Source of the DNA: Eledone cirrhosa
Taxonomy: Eukaryota
Assembly (NCBI GenBank): GCA_964016885.1
Contig: OZ024765.1
Coordinates: 7,812,001 to 7,876,000, forward strand
DNA: 64,000 nucleotides
Direction: 5' to 3'
The translations under genes and the position numbers were made by a program. Below, in pieces: positions 63,492 to 64,000 of this stretch (its first letter is position 1; each line of letters opens with the position of its first letter). Below the pieces are notes generated by a model, which was not told the DNA's origin, did no database searches, and saw only the letters and a list, made by a program, of their open reading frames with translations.

Positions 63492-64000
63492 ATGGAGGAT
63501 GTTAAACAGTTGGACATTTCTAACACAACTACGTTTAACAATATAGATACAGTTACACAGACTTACAGTGGTGAGAAACCTTTATCTAATGAAACCTTTA
63601 CTGAACAAACATCGTTACGTGGAAATATTCCTGAATATTGTTGTGAGATTTGTAAGAAAACTTTCTCTTCAGAAGATGAAGTCATCACACACAAAGAAAC
63701 ACACAAGATTGAGAAACCTTACCACTGTGAAATATGTGGGAAATATTTTGCCATTAAGAAATATTTAACACAACACAAAAGAACACATACCGAAGAGAAG
63801 CCTTACCACTGTGAAATATGTGGCAAATCTTTTGTTTTTAATTCAGCACGTGTTATCCACAGACGTAGTCACACTGGAGAAATATTCTGTGAAATATGTG
63901 GAAAATCCTTTGGCTGTAATGGTCATTTAAAAATACACATAAGAACACACACTGGAGAGAAACCTTACCACTGTGAGATATGTGGCAAATCTTTTGCCAA
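63492..64000 (+). CDS. Poly-C2H2 zinc finger protein, MEDV-leader family, runs off the window
   Basis: atggaggatgttaaacag at 63492, then the leader and at least four fingers in an open frame to the end. Confidence 0.85.
   Translation, partial: MEDVKQLDISNTTTFNNIDTVTQTYSGEKPLSNETFTEQTSLRGNIPEYCCEICKKTFSSEDEVITHKETHKIEKPYHCEICGKYFAIKKYLTQHKRTHTEEKPYHCEICGKSFVFNSARVIHRRSHTGEIFCEICGKSFGCNGHLKIHIRTHTGEKPYHCEICGKSFA

Overview
AT-rich, repeat-dense eukaryotic DNA. The SINE types, TA microsatellites and intronless poly-C2H2 arrays are consistent with an octopus or other cephalopod genome; this is inference, no search was run. The window is a tandem C2H2 zinc-finger gene cluster. It holds two minus-strand ZNF ORFs at 7-10 kb, then a family of ten paralogues (19.4-64 kb, the last running off the window) that share a conserved non-KRAB leader ([12 protein letters not shown]...[10 protein letters not shown]), plus several displaced finger remnants. 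Between them lie decayed mobile elements: RTE, CR1 and CRE-like LINEs, a Gypsy gag-pol fragment, a mariner, non-autonomous Helitrons, tRNA-derived SINEs and foldback elements. Four things go beyond routine annotation. (1) Several structurally complete type I hammerhead ribozyme motifs, mostly in inverted pairs, at 16.5, 17.5, 17.8 and 27.3 kb. (2) A 62-bp minisatellite with a 494-bp higher-order period that arose inside a mariner transposase HTH. (3) An LTR-like insert ending in an over-long copy of the tRNA-Trp 3' half. (4) Combinatorial finger shuffling and mosaic exchange among the ZNF paralogues. All coordinates were read by eye; repeat boundaries are approximate.
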